Source of the DNA: Octopus sinensis | Taxonomy: Eukaryota | Direction of reading: 5' to 3' | Length of the DNA stretch: 64,000 bases | NCBI RefSeq assembly: GCF_006345805.1 | Contig: NC_043001.1 | Span: forward strand, 103,416,001-103,480,000 | Shown here: in pieces, positions 36,901-47,568 of the stretch | How positions within the stretch are numbered: the first letter of the stretch is position 1 | Layout of the letters: every line of letters begins with the position of its first letter | The notes under the pieces: generated by a model | Told to the model about the DNA's origin: nothing | The model's input: only the letters and a program-made list of their open reading frames with translations | The model's database searches: none | Translations under genes and position numbers: made by a program

Positions 36901-39900
36901 GCAAAGGATCGAATCCAGTGAAACTACTGGCACATCCTAGACCTGCCTACGTCCTCTTTGTGAACCACTTAAAGCCAATCCCATGGCCTGAAGGGGACAC
37001 ACCTGAATATACATGCCTGCTTACAAAGTTCTACATACATAAATAAATTCTAAGCAATAACTTAACCCCAAATTTAATCAATAAAATTTTCTTCAAAATG
37101 CCTTTCCATAACAACCAACTCTATAACCTAATTACCACTCCACTTGAATCCACACACCCAAGGATGATTTTAACTCAACAGAGACTATAGAAAGGCAAGA
37201 TCAACTTCAATGCATCACAGTCTGACGATGACTTGAATAAAGACTTAGCTGAATAAAACTTTGAAGTCACTGTCAATAATATTCTTGTTTAAGAATAATA
37301 AATTTTTACTCTACAAAAGCAGAGAGTAAGCCATCGGATGAATGTGAAATTGTTTTTTTATAACTGAACATAAAAACAAATATTAATGTCTATTCATTCA
37401 TCCATCCATCCATCCATGTTTTGATCTAAATATCTGTCTATCAATCTCTCACTCTTTTTCTTTTTTTGTTTTTTAAAGCATTTGCTCGTTACAAGGTCGT
37501 TAGACCACTGAAAACATAAGAGCTACTAGAATAAAGTGGATGCTAAACAGAAGTCAGTAGGTGATAATGTACATTAGACTTAAAAGACTGGAGGAGGTCA
37601 TACTGAAGAGGAAAAACTAGAACTGTGGAAGGGAATTCCAAAGTTCAGAGGTGTGAGGGAAGAAACTGGTTTCTGTAAAGTGCTTTATGACACTTAGGAG
37701 GTTGCACAGTATACTGATGAGAACTGGATGCAAGTGTCTAGTTGGTCGCTGATAAGTTTTTCAAAAAGGAAGAACCAGAGAAGAGAGCCCAGTTGAACAA
37801 TGTCCATGGAAATACTTATAGACAAGAGACAAGGAAGCCCCACGATGATGTGTCTCTTTATCTATTTAGGCTCCCTATCTATCTCTATAGCCATAAACCT
37901 CTTATATATATCCTTAAACTTATAAAACCATTATGTCTATGAATCTATTACAGAACATTAAACCAACCTTCTACCTCGCTTTCACCACCTTCTACTCTGC
38001 TGCATTTTATTCTATTCCATCTTGTTTTACTTCATTTTCTTTCATCTTCCCACCTCTACCTTTCCTAACCTCTCCTACCAATGTTGTTATCCTCTTACCT
38101 TAATTCGCATGATGATGTACTTAATGTGAAAGCATTCTCTCCTTCCAGATTGCACACATGACACGCAGTGAGATGGACTTGCTTGACTACACGTTGCTAG
38201 GGCCACTCTTTGTATGCCTCAACCAATATTTTGACTGTAAACTAAATGAAGTCTTCGTTCTATGGATATTTTGTGTAAGTATCAGTTTGCCACCAAACGC
38301 CACGGAATCACAGCTGTGATGGCACTCATTTTGAGCATGCGGTTTCTGTGGCCTTTCTTTTTGATTTTTGTTTCTGCACTTAATTGTTAGCAGTCAGGAC
38401 ACTACATCCTTCAAAATTTCCATGCTTCCTGAAATTGCTCATCAGTACACACCTGAAGTTCCCGCCATCTTCTTTTTACTATCTCCGCCCAGTTGTGTTT
38501 GTTTGTTTGTGGGCAAGATATCTCAAGAACCGCTGGATAGATTTAAATGAAACTTTCAGGAATGTTTAGCCTTGTGACTGGCACAAATTGATTAGATTTT
38601 GGGATCAATCCGGTACCGGACAAGGATTCTGGATTATTTGTTATATTTACTTTACATGAAGTATTACGATCTTACATTGACTTTCAAGTCTTTCTCTGTT
38701 TATCTCCCTTGAAAGCACATTCCTGGTTTCCATGTAAGTAATGGCAGCATTGCTGCTTCCAAAGTTTTATTTTGGTTCCTCTGTTATTAATTTTACTCGT
38801 CTCCCTATCTTAGTAGAAACTGATGGATAAAGAAATCAAACTACATAAACAAACAGCAGCAAAACCGTTCAGAAATTAAATAACACTAACATATTCAGTA
38901 ACAATAATAAATTTAATTTATCTTCAAAAATTTTTAGTTTTACCAATTTTGAATATGTCACTCCTGTTTAAAACTTCTTACCTACTTGACAATTTCTAGC
39001 TCTGCCTTGAAGGAAGCTTTACTTCTTGGACTCACGATGTTGTTAAACCTCTGTTAATAACACCATATGCAGGTCCTTTCCGTTTTCTTTCACACATGGA
39101 GAAATTTTTAACTATAGACTTTAATTGTCGTAGAGACACTATATCAGTGGATAGACTAAAAAAAAGGCCTTCATAGAGAAAACTGTCCCTGTTCCCACTG
39201 CAGACAACACACACAGCATTAAAAACACAGCCTGCACCTTCACATTCCATGAATACCATTGGGATTGATCAGGTACTGGACAAGGATTCTGGATTATTTT
39301 ACTTCATTTTTGAGAGTGGTTGGGTTCATTTTTAGTATTCTCATTTGTGTGAGCAGTCGTGTTTATTTCAGACATTCACATTTTAAAAATCGTTTTCAGC
39401 TAAACATTGAGAGGAGGATGTTGGTGTTGTCTTGGCAGAGGTTTGTGCTCTTTGAGTGTTCTTGCTTAAAGCAACTCGTTCACTGTTCATGTCCTGTGCA
39501 TTATTCTATGTATGGTTTGTGCCACTTTGGGCTACTTTCTCTGATGAGTTGTAGTGCATCTGAACACTGCAAAGAATAAGTTCTTTATTATCATTATATG
39601 AGTGGTCCATTTTGTCAGCTTGATAGACTGAGACAAGCATCCATGTACTATGACCAGTAAAATACTATTACCTGAATTATATATAGTTTATAAATACTAG
39701 GCACAGGAGTGGCTGTGTGGTAAGTAGCTTGCTCCGGGTTCAGTCCCATGCGTGACACCTTGGACAAGTGTTTTCTACTATATCCTCGGGCCGACCAAAG
39801 CCTTGTCAGTGGATTTGGTTGACGGAAACTGAAAGAAGCCCGTCATATGTGTGTGTGTGTGTGTGTTTGTGGGTCTATGTTTGTCCCTCCACCATCACTT

Positions 39901-41930
39901 TACAACTGATGTTGGTGTGTTTATGTCCCCATAACTTAGCGGTTTGGCAAAAGAGACTGATAGAATAAGTACTAGGCTTACAAAGAATAAGTCCTGGGAT
40001 TGACTAAAGGCAGTGCTCCAGCATGGCCTCAATCAAATGACTGAAACAAGAAAAGAATAAAAGAAAACTGGAAGAATTTGAGCTGTGAGCCTTCCTTGAT
40101 TGTAAGACAGAACATAATTCTTTCCCCAGTGTTGCTACTGGGCACCAAATAAGTCAGTCCTTGTCTTCCTCTGTAACTGTGAAACTTGGATGCTGTCCAG
40201 GGCCCTTAGGAACCACTTGAACTCCTTTGGTACCAGGATGCTTCACGAGATTATGAGTTGCCATTGGTCAGATTTTGTCTGCAACAAACAACTCTTCTCA
40301 GAAAGTGAGGTGCATTCTGTTACTTGAAGGATTTGGGAGCCCCAGCCCCGACTGTTTCCTTATGTTGCTTGATTTTCTGAGTTAGACCCTTTTTACCACT
40401 CTTCACTAAGGATCTAGCTGGGTTGATGGCTTGTGAAGGTCAACCATATGCCACATGGTCCCGGAGATAGTGGGGTGTGACTGGGACTCTGCTTGATGGG
40501 TCACCTGGGAACACCTGGGAATCTGCCAACAAATGATGAATGCAGCAATACTCTGCAATGATGCTGTCCCTCTACATCTCACCTCACCAGCATCTGTTTG
40601 TGACTGAGGCAGTGATTGCGTATAAACATACACTTGTGTTACAGCTTTATCTTTGACATCATTCAACAATGAAAATGAAACATTGTTAATCTCTTTATCT
40701 GTTAATCTGAACTTTGTCATCTGGTTTTATTCATTTTATCCTGTGTTGCATAGATTTGAAAGTACCCTTATCTCCTGTAGAAATATTGGATTGCAACTGG
40801 GTGCTGAACTTCAGTTGTCTTATTTAAACCAGGTAAAGTGTGTGAAATGGAGCGATGATGGAGTTTATGTAGGATGGTAAACCATGATCCTTGTCCTGGT
40901 CTGATACTAGGATATTAAGCCTTGCAATTTAGCATGAGTACCTGACACTATTAATGGGTATTATTTACATTTGACTGATATTTGTAGTGGTTAAGAGCAT
41001 GGGCTACTAACCCCAAGATTCCGAGTTCAATTCCAAGCAGTGACCTGAATAATAATAATAACAACAACATCGAAAAATAGCTTAGAAATGAGAACCCAGG
41101 TTCGAAATTACCCCAAGACACCTGATGAAGGCTGGAGTGTATATCAGCTGAAACTTTGTGTTAACAATAAACAAGATGAGGACAAATATCTATCAAATGT
41201 AAATAATGTACATAATTCCTCATCTCTTAAATATAGAACTGTACTATTGGGGTTGTCAGGTTTCACTCTATTCCAAGCACCTATGCAAGACCCTGTTGTT
41301 AGCCTTGGCCGTTTTAGTTTACTGCTTAATAAAATTTCTAGCTGGAACTGTCCAGTTTGACATGGAAGTTATAACTGTAAAGTTTTAATCTCATCAGTTC
41401 AGATATGATTTTGTTTTTATTTTCAGGAAGATATTTCTAGAAAGTTAAATGAATTATGTTCAAACTTATGATTAAAAGAAAGAATGAATAGAACATGGGG
41501 GCTCAATAGATCATGTAGATGTGAGGATGTTATCAACACTTGGAACAGACACAATCCTCAGACAGATTACGGAGGCAGTACACATAATAGAAAATAGACT
41601 GATCCTCAACAGAAAATGTGAATGAAGTAATAATACCCCCTCCATTCCACTTCACCCTGTAACCTGATGACTGATGACAGAATAGGGAAAATAAATAAAT
41701 AAAAGACATGGGTACAAACAGTATAACATAGAAACCCATACACACACACACACACAAAGATATATTATACATACCAAGCACATAGACACACTCACAGATA
41801 CAGACATAAACACAAGTGTAGATAGGGATACATACCATGGGGGAACAAAATAGAATAAAGAAAGGACAAGACTTGAGAGAGGAGGAGAGAGGTTACCGGA
41901 TGTGTGATGAATGAACTCTGATGAATAAAC

Positions 41931-41961
<31 letters not shown>

Positions 41962-42362
41962 GCTAAAGTGACGAGCAAACAGTGTGTGTGTGTTTAACTG
42001 GCAAAAGATGACCCTTCCCAAATATAACAATATTTGCCTCAACACATGATTTCACATCAAGAATCTAGCAAGACAAATACAGAAAGAATAAATAATTTTA
42101 CATTTAAGAACAATCAATGTTATATATTTTGTTTTATTATCTTAGATTTATCCTTTTTTTTCATTATTCTACAAACGATATAAAATGTTTAATTTTCTTT
42201 ATCTTTTTCTAGATTTACTGCACATGTAACCTGTTATATTTTGCCAGACAAGTCTGCCTACAAATAAGCAGATATCTAAATATCTATATTTTCACCATTA
42301 CGAGAAAGCCAAACCAGGTGAAGGAAAACACTAGAAACAACCGAACTCGTCAGAATCATTAG
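17673..42362 (+). CDS. CEPT1: Choline/ethanolamine phosphotransferase (CDP-alcohol phosphatidyltransferase), 3' seven coding exons; 5' part not found in window
   Basis: Seven exons (148+142+85+135+159+126+150 = 945 nt) join in phase with GT-AG introns into 314 aa + TAG. Contains [65 protein letters not shown] and [12 protein letters not shown]1 versus CHPT1 orthology is not resolved. Confidence 0.93.
18425..18722 (-). mobile_element. SINE family A
   Basis: Family body and head with central (AT)n. Confidence 0.8.
19097..19455 (-). mobile_element. SINE family A
   Basis: Family tail, body and head present. Confidence 0.8.
19785..20717 (-). repeat. Tandem array of SINE family B (184/184/183-bp units)
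   Basis: AAAATACCTATTTC recurs at 19928, 20112, 20296 and 20479; a single complete head ends at ~20717. Confidence 0.92.
21170..21571 (+). mobile_element. RTE 3' fragment
   Basis: Degenerate ORF end plus 3' UTR ending GTTAAA(TGA)n. Confidence 0.75.
22738..23000 (-). mobile_element. RTE 3'-UTR copy
   Basis: CATTTAACATCCATCTTCCATGCTGGCATGG...CTGGATGCCCTTCCTAATGCCAACCAC. Confidence 0.75.
23398..23782 (+). mobile_element. SINE family A
   Basis: GCTGTGTGGTAGG...CCTTGGGCAA...CCAGCATGGCCGCAGTC. Confidence 0.78.
23925..24093. repeat. Low-complexity (TTA/TTTTA)n tract
   Basis: Almost pure T/A. Confidence 0.9.
24222..24802 (-). mobile_element. SINE family A with nested full-length SINE family B (24385-24618)
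   Basis: Nested copy flanked by AGGGGCATAAAT / AGGGGTATAAAT. Confidence 0.82.
24980..25498 (-). mobile_element. SINE family A with internal 17-bp minisatellite
   Basis: (GGTCAAGCAGTGGTGGT)~8 at 25128-25268. Confidence 0.8.
25905..26046 (+). CDS. CEPT1: CEPT1-like exon
   Basis: ttttttcag|TGTTTG...GGAAT|gtaagt; (V)[46 protein letters not shown]; 142 nt. Confidence 0.96.
26130..26935 (-). mobile_element. RTE 3'-UTR copy with internal repeats, plus adjacent degenerate RTE end
   Basis: Begins ~84 bp after the exon donor at 26047. Confidence 0.8.
27100..27302 (-). mobile_element. SINE family B variant
   Basis: GCACAAGGCC...CCCTGAAAGAATGAATGGC...GGAATTTGAA...CCAGCTCACTGCC. Confidence 0.7.
27378..27717 (-). 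mobile_element. SINE family C
   Basis: Minus head GAAGGTGCATGGCTCAGTGGTTAGAG...GAGTTCAATTCCC, then TTGAGCAAGACACTTTATTTCACG. Confidence 0.8.
28152..28410 (-). mobile_element. RTE 3'-UTR copy
   Basis: (CAT)n CGTTTAACGTCTGCTTTCCATGCTGG. Confidence 0.8.
28757..28998. mobile_element. Family B fragment in fold-back configuration
   Basis: AAAGATTGTTTGCCAACATGACATGGCAGT..GGTTTAGGA is inverted against TCCTAAACC..ACTGCCATGTTATGCTGGCAAACAATCTTT. Confidence 0.75.
29330..29527 (+). mobile_element. RTE 3'-UTR copy, preceded by a CT-rich body
   Basis: GTGCCACATAAAAAAGCACCC...GGAAAACGGAAGTTAAATGAC. Confidence 0.78.
29539..29768 (+). mobile_element. SINE family B, full length
   Basis: GGTGAGCTGGCAGAATCATTAGC...GAGTTCAAATTCC...CCCCTTGTGGGCAATAAAGAAAT. 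Confidence 0.85.
30490..30742 (-). mobile_element. SINE family A, partial
   Basis: Body and head present with an internal deletion. Confidence 0.7.
30916..31000 (+). CDS. CEPT1: CEPT1-like exon
   Basis: ttttccag|GATAGAT...TTACAG|gtttgg; (M)[28 protein letters not shown]; 85 nt, restores phase 0. Confidence 0.95.
31107..31410 (-). mobile_element. RTE 3'-UTR copy with internal duplication
   Basis: CTGGATGCCC...ACCAC block occurs twice (~31225 and ~31326). Confidence 0.7.
31838..32140 (-). mobile_element. SINE family A, degenerate
   Basis: Family tail and body recognisable. Confidence 0.65.
32851..32985 (+). CDS. CEPT1: CEPT1-like exon
   Basis: gatttcag|GTTCCT...GTTGCT|gtgagt; [45 protein letters not shown]; 135 nt. 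Confidence 0.95.
33424..33932. mobile_element. Non-autonomous mariner derivative with ~90-bp inverted ends
   Basis: TACGAGGATGAGTCAAAA...TTTTTGACTCACCCTCG in TA context; + strand [12 protein letters not shown]...[22 protein letters not shown]; minus strand [27 protein letters not shown]. Confidence 0.88.
34475..34700 (-). mobile_element. RTE 3'-UTR copy
   Basis: (CAT)n TTAATATCCATTTTCCATGCTGG...GGATGCCCTTCC. Confidence 0.72.
35013..35171 (+). CDS. CEPT1: CEPT1-like exon
   Basis: tttttcag|GGCACA...CTAGTG|gtaagc; [53 protein letters not shown]; 159 nt. Confidence 0.95.
35298..35470 (-). mobile_element. RTE 3'-UTR copy
   Basis: CATCATTTAACGTCC...CTGGATGCCCTTCCTAACACCAACCACTCCGAGAGTG. Confidence 0.72.
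35590..35990 (+). pseudogene. pogo/Tigger-like transposase remnant
   Basis: Broken frames [30 protein letters not shown] and [11 protein letters not shown] resemble DDE_1 motifs KAWMT, DNAPxHP and QPxDQGVI. Confidence 0.6.
37217..37273 (+). ncRNA. Type I hammerhead motif, degenerate
   Basis: ACAGT-CTGACGA-...-GAA(TAAA)-ACTTTGAAGT-C-ACTGT; perfect stem I, self-complementary stem III, GUC triplet, 4-nt insertion in GAAA. Confidence 0.55.
37500..37760 (-). pseudogene. CR1/Jockey-group LINE 3' remnant
   Basis: Minus strand [14 protein letters not shown], a typical terminal motif of this group. Confidence 0.55.
38149..38274 (+). CDS. CEPT1: CEPT1-like exon
   Basis: ccttccag|ATTGCA...TTTTGT|gtaagt; [42 protein letters not shown]; 126 nt. 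Confidence 0.95.
38477..39467 (+). mobile_element. Helentron/HINE-like element, copy 2
   Basis: CTATCTCCGCC...(GTTT)n...CTTGGCAGAGGTTTGTGCTCTTTGAGTG; colinear with 12343-13698. Confidence 0.55.
39706..40062 (+). mobile_element. SINE family A
   Basis: GGAGTGGCTGTGTGGTAAG...(GT)n...GACTGAAACAAGAAAAG. Confidence 0.85.
40150..40620 (+). pseudogene. RTE-clade (Expander/Rex3-like) LINE 3' remnant
   Basis: Broken frames resembling [22 protein letters not shown] and VA*FSELDP, similar to LRRIxGYRWxDFVSN...RQLR..GHVARF..DP. Confidence 0.5.
40959..41239 (+). mobile_element. Fold-back family A, copy 3 (left arm reduced to ~26 bp)
   Basis: TATTATTTACATTTGACTGATATTTG joined to TAGTGGTTAAGAGC...; full right arm ending CTTAAATATAGAAC. 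Confidence 0.82.
41117..41162 (+). ncRNA. Minimal type I hammerhead motif, closest to the family A consensus
   Basis: GACAC-CTGATGA-A-GGCTG-loop-CAGCT-GAAA-CTTT-GTGTT; stem I intact, stem III ACTT instead of palindromic ACGT. Confidence 0.6.
42213..42362 (+). CDS. CEPT1: CEPT1-like terminal coding exon
   Basis: tttttctag|ATTTAC...CATTAG; [49 protein letters not shown]; resembles the family C-terminus (VCxQIxxxLxIxxFxI). Confidence 0.9.
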   Translation: MYCTCNLLYFARQVCLQISRYLNIYIFTITRKPNQVKENTRNNRTRQNH

Positions 42363-44224
42363 GGGCCTACTTCCAAGTCCAGCAAACCCTGTTGTCATTA
42401 CAACCCGTCTTTGGTCTGGCATGACAAGCACCAGCAGAAATCCAATCATTGACAATACTTCCTGAATATGGCAACTAATTTGTTGGAGTCTTTTTTTTTT
42501 TTTTTGTCTTTCATTCTCTAACTTCGTGAACAGGAAATGGTATTATTGCAGATAAGCACTAGTCTGTTAATGGAATGGACCAAGGGACTTTTATTCTACA
42601 ACCGACCTTTCAATACACTAAATGCTGTCTGTATAGTATTGAAATGACTTCATATTATAAACTAGTGCCCATCACAACCAATTAACACGAGTGATGTTTT
42701 GAAATTAATCTGTATTTTTACCAAAATCCCCCCCTCCCCTTCCTCACCATTTTGTTTTATTTGCCTCTATCTGGCCAAAAAGATAGTATGTGTGGTTACA
42801 TATTTTTGTTATCATTATTATTATTACTATTATTATTATCATCATCATTATCATTTGTATTGTATTAATTGAGTGAATTTATATATAATTTTTTTTTTTT
42901 AATTTTATTTTAAAAACTGAGTTTAGATTTAGTCTCCATAGCAAATCCCCTCCCCACACATCCGTATTTCTGAACTGAAAGGAAAGACAATTAGGAAAAT
43001 CAAATAAAAAAAAAACAAAAGCATAAACTTTTTTTTTTTTTTTATTTAAGTGCTGAAAGAAGTTAAAACATAATTGTGCACGTTTAAACAATTTGACAAA
43101 GCTGAGTAAATTTTATGAAAAGAGTAATTGATTCCTAAATAAATTTGGTAATATCATTCATATTAAAAAAAACCCAAAGACTTTCCTTATTTCTTCTAGT
43201 TTTGGTTTTAATAGGGAAAAGGGAGACAACAAACACAAAACATGATTCCTAACTCTTCATTTTTTTTTTTTGACAACTTATTATTTCTTAGATTGTGAAG
43301 TTTAAATATATATTTTAATCAAAATGATAAATAAATAAATAAACAGTTTTTTTTTTCTTTTATATGTTAAAGATTTTATTTTGTTCTCCAAATTGAAATA
43401 CAATAATTTCTTAAATTGTTTTTTAAAGCCACTTCATGTATGCACCAAGGAGATTGAGAATTTTTGAAACAGGCTTTGCTGGCCCCGGAATAGATTTGAC
43501 ACTGCTTAACAAATTGAGCCCAATAAGTGACCCCTTTCAGAAATTCATTGTACACTTCTAACAATGAAAAACAGTCAAGTTATTACAAATTCGAATACAT
43601 TAGAAGGATTGAAAAGCAACCAGGCTTTGAAGCATTTAAGTCAAACAACTATTTAGAGTAATATTTCTATTTTCAACCAAAATATTTGTAAATTTAGATA
43701 TTTGTGAGACAGAATTTGTCATACAAAGAAACTGTGAACCTCTTTTATTTTCTGTTTTTGCATTTTTCGTTATTTTCAGATTATTTAATAAGGCCAAATT
43801 AAATTACTTTTGTATTAAACTAAGGCTTCAAGGAAAAAGTAAGCACCATCAAGTGAGATAAATCAATATAAATAGATGAAAGAATACAGAAAACAATACA
43901 AGATCAAATAAACAGTTCCTATCGGGTCTAATAAGCATCATTGAAAGGTAAAGTATTTGATGAGATCAAATTAAAATCTCGCAAGATTTTAGATTAATTT
44001 TCAGGTCATTAACAAGTTCTACTTAATTTTGTCATTTCATCCTGAATCTTTTTATTTTATTTCTAAATCTGACCTGAAGCTACTTTCAGTTAGTTTATTA
44101 CCAACTAAAATAAATTTTTTGATGGCAAGAGTTTTTCTCTCTTATCCTTTATTATTTCAAGGTTCTGTTTCATATTTTACAAAACATTTTGATTAAACTG
44201 AGGAAGCTGTTTTATTATACAAAA

Positions 44225-44870
44225 AAGGGCAGTGGGGAGACAGAAGCAAAAAGGATAGCTGTACTGTTGGCAGATTTCAGTAAGCATAGAAGTCTTGAAG
44301 GATGTAATGTCTCAACAGCTAACGACTGATGTGGGTAGTTTTTTTTCCCATGTTTCAGCAATTCTGAATGTGAAAACATTGTGAATGTCATGAGTGCTCT
44401 GTTGGTTTTTTTGATTTTGTAAGCATGTCCACGAGTGTTGGACATACGGAATTCAAAAAGGTGCCCAAGGTTGTTGTTGGAAAGATGGTGGATAATCTTG
44501 TGGGTGTCTTCCAAGTCAGTTGCCGAACATCGGAGCTTTAATGGAAGACATTCAGAGTATGGCAGATGCCTGATGGTGGGTATTCATTTGGTTTCATATT
44601 TCTGAACAGTTTCCAGGAGATTGATATGCAGAGCAAGACAGGGGTGATGCAAACTTTTTGTTCCTGTATAATGGTGAATTCAAATCCTACCCATATCTAT
44701 TTCATCTTCCACTTCTAAAAGACATTCGAGTGATGTAATTGAGGGTCACTTCAATTGACCCTTTATTTTGAAGTTATCAACTTGTGCCAATTTGATGCTG
44801 AAGTTGGTGGTGTGAAGAAAATGGTACAGAACCAAACTAGATGAAAAAGAGTGAATGTTCATGGCTTAAA
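44225..44870 (-). pseudogene. CR1-clade LINE 3' fragment
   Basis: Minus strand INLLETVQK...HLPYSE...DTHKIIH...NTRGHAYKIKK. Confidence 0.7.
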
Positions 44871-44906
44871 TCTTTCGCATTCAAACTGGCAGTGAGGGGC
44901 CCAAGT

Positions 44907-45100
44907 GAAGGTGCATGGCTTAGTGGTTAGGGCATTCAGCTCTCAATTGTAAAGTTGTAAGTTCAATTTCTGGCAGTGCTTTGTCTTTGAGCAAGACACT
45001 TTATTTCATTCCATTCAGTTGTCAAAAACGAGTACCTGTAATTCAAAGGGTCACCCTTATCCTATTCTGTGTCATGATGAATCTCCTTCAGAACTACGTG
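44907..45100 (+). mobile_element. SINE family C, degenerate
   Basis: GAAGGTGCATGGCTTAGTGGTTAGGG...TTTGAGCAAGACACTTTATTTCA. Confidence 0.7.
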
Positions 45101-45525
45101 TGAAAGATTCATTAATTTCATGAGCAGGCTGTTCCTTTGATTGAACCATCTGGGACATTCAGCACCATTAGTGATGGGCAGCCAGGCCACCAGGCCCAAA
45201 TAGTCTATTTTTTGCTCAAACCGACCAGATAATGCTTCTCACACCTACCCTACAACATCTTAAAACTACAAGATAATATATGATTAATCAATGTGAATAA
45301 ATAAAGCATTACATTTGACAGAGGAACCTGGATACTGAAGGGTTAAACAGCTTTAATCAAAAGCCTGCTCAGGCAGGACTTATGTGACTTAAACAACAGC
45401 AAAAACAACATAACAGTATTTAGCTTCTTCTTTCTACTTGAATGCCAGCCTGCTTTTTTTGTAGCTTGACAAACAAAGCAAGTTACCAAAATATTGCATA
45501 ACTTTTGACTCAACACAATATTAAT

Positions 45526-45990
45526 CATCATCATCATCATCAATGTTTAACGTCCGTTTTCCATGCTACCATGGGTTGGACGGTTCGACACCAGTCCGGG
45601 AAGCCAGGAGGCTGCACCAAGCTCCAGTCTGATCTGGCAGTGTTTCTACAGCTGGATGCCTTTCCTAATGCCAACCACTCCGTAAGTGTAGTGGGTGCTT
45701 TTTACGTGCCACCTGCACAGGTGCCATGGAACGCTGGCAGCGGCCACGATCGGTTGGTGCTTTTTACGTGCCACCGGCACAAGAGCCAGTCACGGCGACA
45801 CAGGCATCGGCCACATTCGGATGGTGCTTTTTATGTGCCACTGGCACAAGAGCCAGTCAAGGTGGCGCTGGCATTGGCCACGTTCGGATGGTGCTTTTTA
45901 CGTGCCGCTGGCACAGAAGCCAGTCAAGGTGGCGCTGGCAGTGGCCACGATCTATTGGTGCTTTTTACGTGCCACCGGCACAGGTATCAC
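45526..45990 (-). mobile_element. RTE 3'-UTR copy with ~5 internal repeat units
   Basis: GGTGCTTTTTACGTGCCACC(G/T)GCAC recurs every ~60-66 bp. Confidence 0.88.
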
Positions 45991-47568
45991 AACTACAGTC
46001 TTCATTTAATATTTATTTTGATGCTGATGTACTTGACTCAATAGGTCTCTTCAAGCACAACAGCACAGCATGTTGCCAGAATCAGTACCAACTGAATGTG
46101 AGGGTTAAGTCAACTTTATTCCTCATCAACAAATCTAAGTTGTCCTCCAATGTTAGGAATTTTTAATTAAATTCTGTCTACTGAATGCCTCGTTTCATTG
46201 GTAAATAAATATCACTGTACCTTTTCAATTGGGACTTTGTTTATCTCAGAAATTATTAATTAGAAATTGTCATGCCAATTAATTACACAAAGTTTTAGTA
46301 ATTAGTGATAATGTAGCTTTGTTTGCTAGTGAGTGGAAGAAATGAAAATTATTTATAAATATGTCAAGATAGGAAGATACACCTACACACACACACACAC
46401 ATACACATACACAAACACGTGTGTGTATGTATAAGAAAGAAAGAATGAGCAATTGAAACCTGTGGTATTCCTTAAAGCATGGAATTTCTTACAGCCGCAA
46501 GAGACTTTATTGTAACAGCCATAAGAGACTTTATGTATTATTTCTTAATCCCTTGTTTACTCTAACTTCTCTGCAATTATGATTGAGTTATAAATTCCAG
46601 GCTCTAAAGCGGGGATTCCCAACCTGGGGTCCACAGAACCCTGGTGGTCTACAAAGGAAGTACTGGGGGTTCATGAACTAAATTCAAAATTTCATCCTAT
46701 TATAAATTTGAGTGATGTTTCTCTGTTATGTGCAAGGACAACGAAACTCAAACCAACAACTCCCCTAATCCCAAGGAATGTCCTAAGGGGGTCTATTTTT
46801 TTAAGGGCCGCCCCACTGATCCCACCACCACCACCACTATTTTACTGCATTTTAAACTAAATACATGGCATTGGCAACCAAATTGGAGCAATGACAATGA
46901 ATTTCATACCATCAACTCCCAGGGAATATCATAAGAAGGTTCAATTTCTGAAGGGCTGCTTAAATGGGGCTCCATTTCCCCACCCCTCACTATTTTTGTG
47001 GTGAGTGTTTGTTGATGTTGATCAAAGGGGTACGGAACCAGTGTGATGCAGCATCACACGGAACCAGCAAATGCCGTTGGGCCCCACTGCTGATGTTGGG
47101 GGTTACATTCTATGCTTTGACCCGAGCATAGAACGGGGCTTGCCTCTTTGAGCTGGGGAATGAATGGAATGCTTGGTGTGTGTCTTGTCTGGCTACCCAC
47201 TCCTCAAAAAGTGGGGAATAGGCCTGGGTATATATAATACATGCAATATATATATATAATTCAAAGAAATTTCAACTCTGTTTTTTATGTTTTATTTATA
47301 TTCTTTATAATATTAATGTAGAATATAGAAGATATAATATAAATAATATATATGTAGTAAAATGAAATGAAGTGTTGATTGTCTTATTGAATAGATGAAA
47401 TATTGAATATAAAATATTAAGGGACTAGTATACTTTCATGCAGTCTTCAATGACCCAGGTTGTGACAGGAATGTTGCAACTGTGTGTGTGTATATATATA
47501 TATACTAGCATTAAAGACCCGTCATTGCTGGGTCATAGTGCTGGTGCATGTATGTATGTGTATATATC

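Noticed and set aside
39541-39585. CTGATGA followed by an 8-bp hairpin
   Set aside because: Followed by AGAAT rather than GAAA; no stems I or III.
40754-40832. Cryptic CEPT1 exon (79 or 52 nt)
   Set aside because: Would shift the frame, has no family similarity, and the flanking exons already join in phase.
45505-46166. Three overlapping 104-179 aa ORFs
   Set aside because: Stop-poor translations of the antisense RTE 3'-UTR repeat array.
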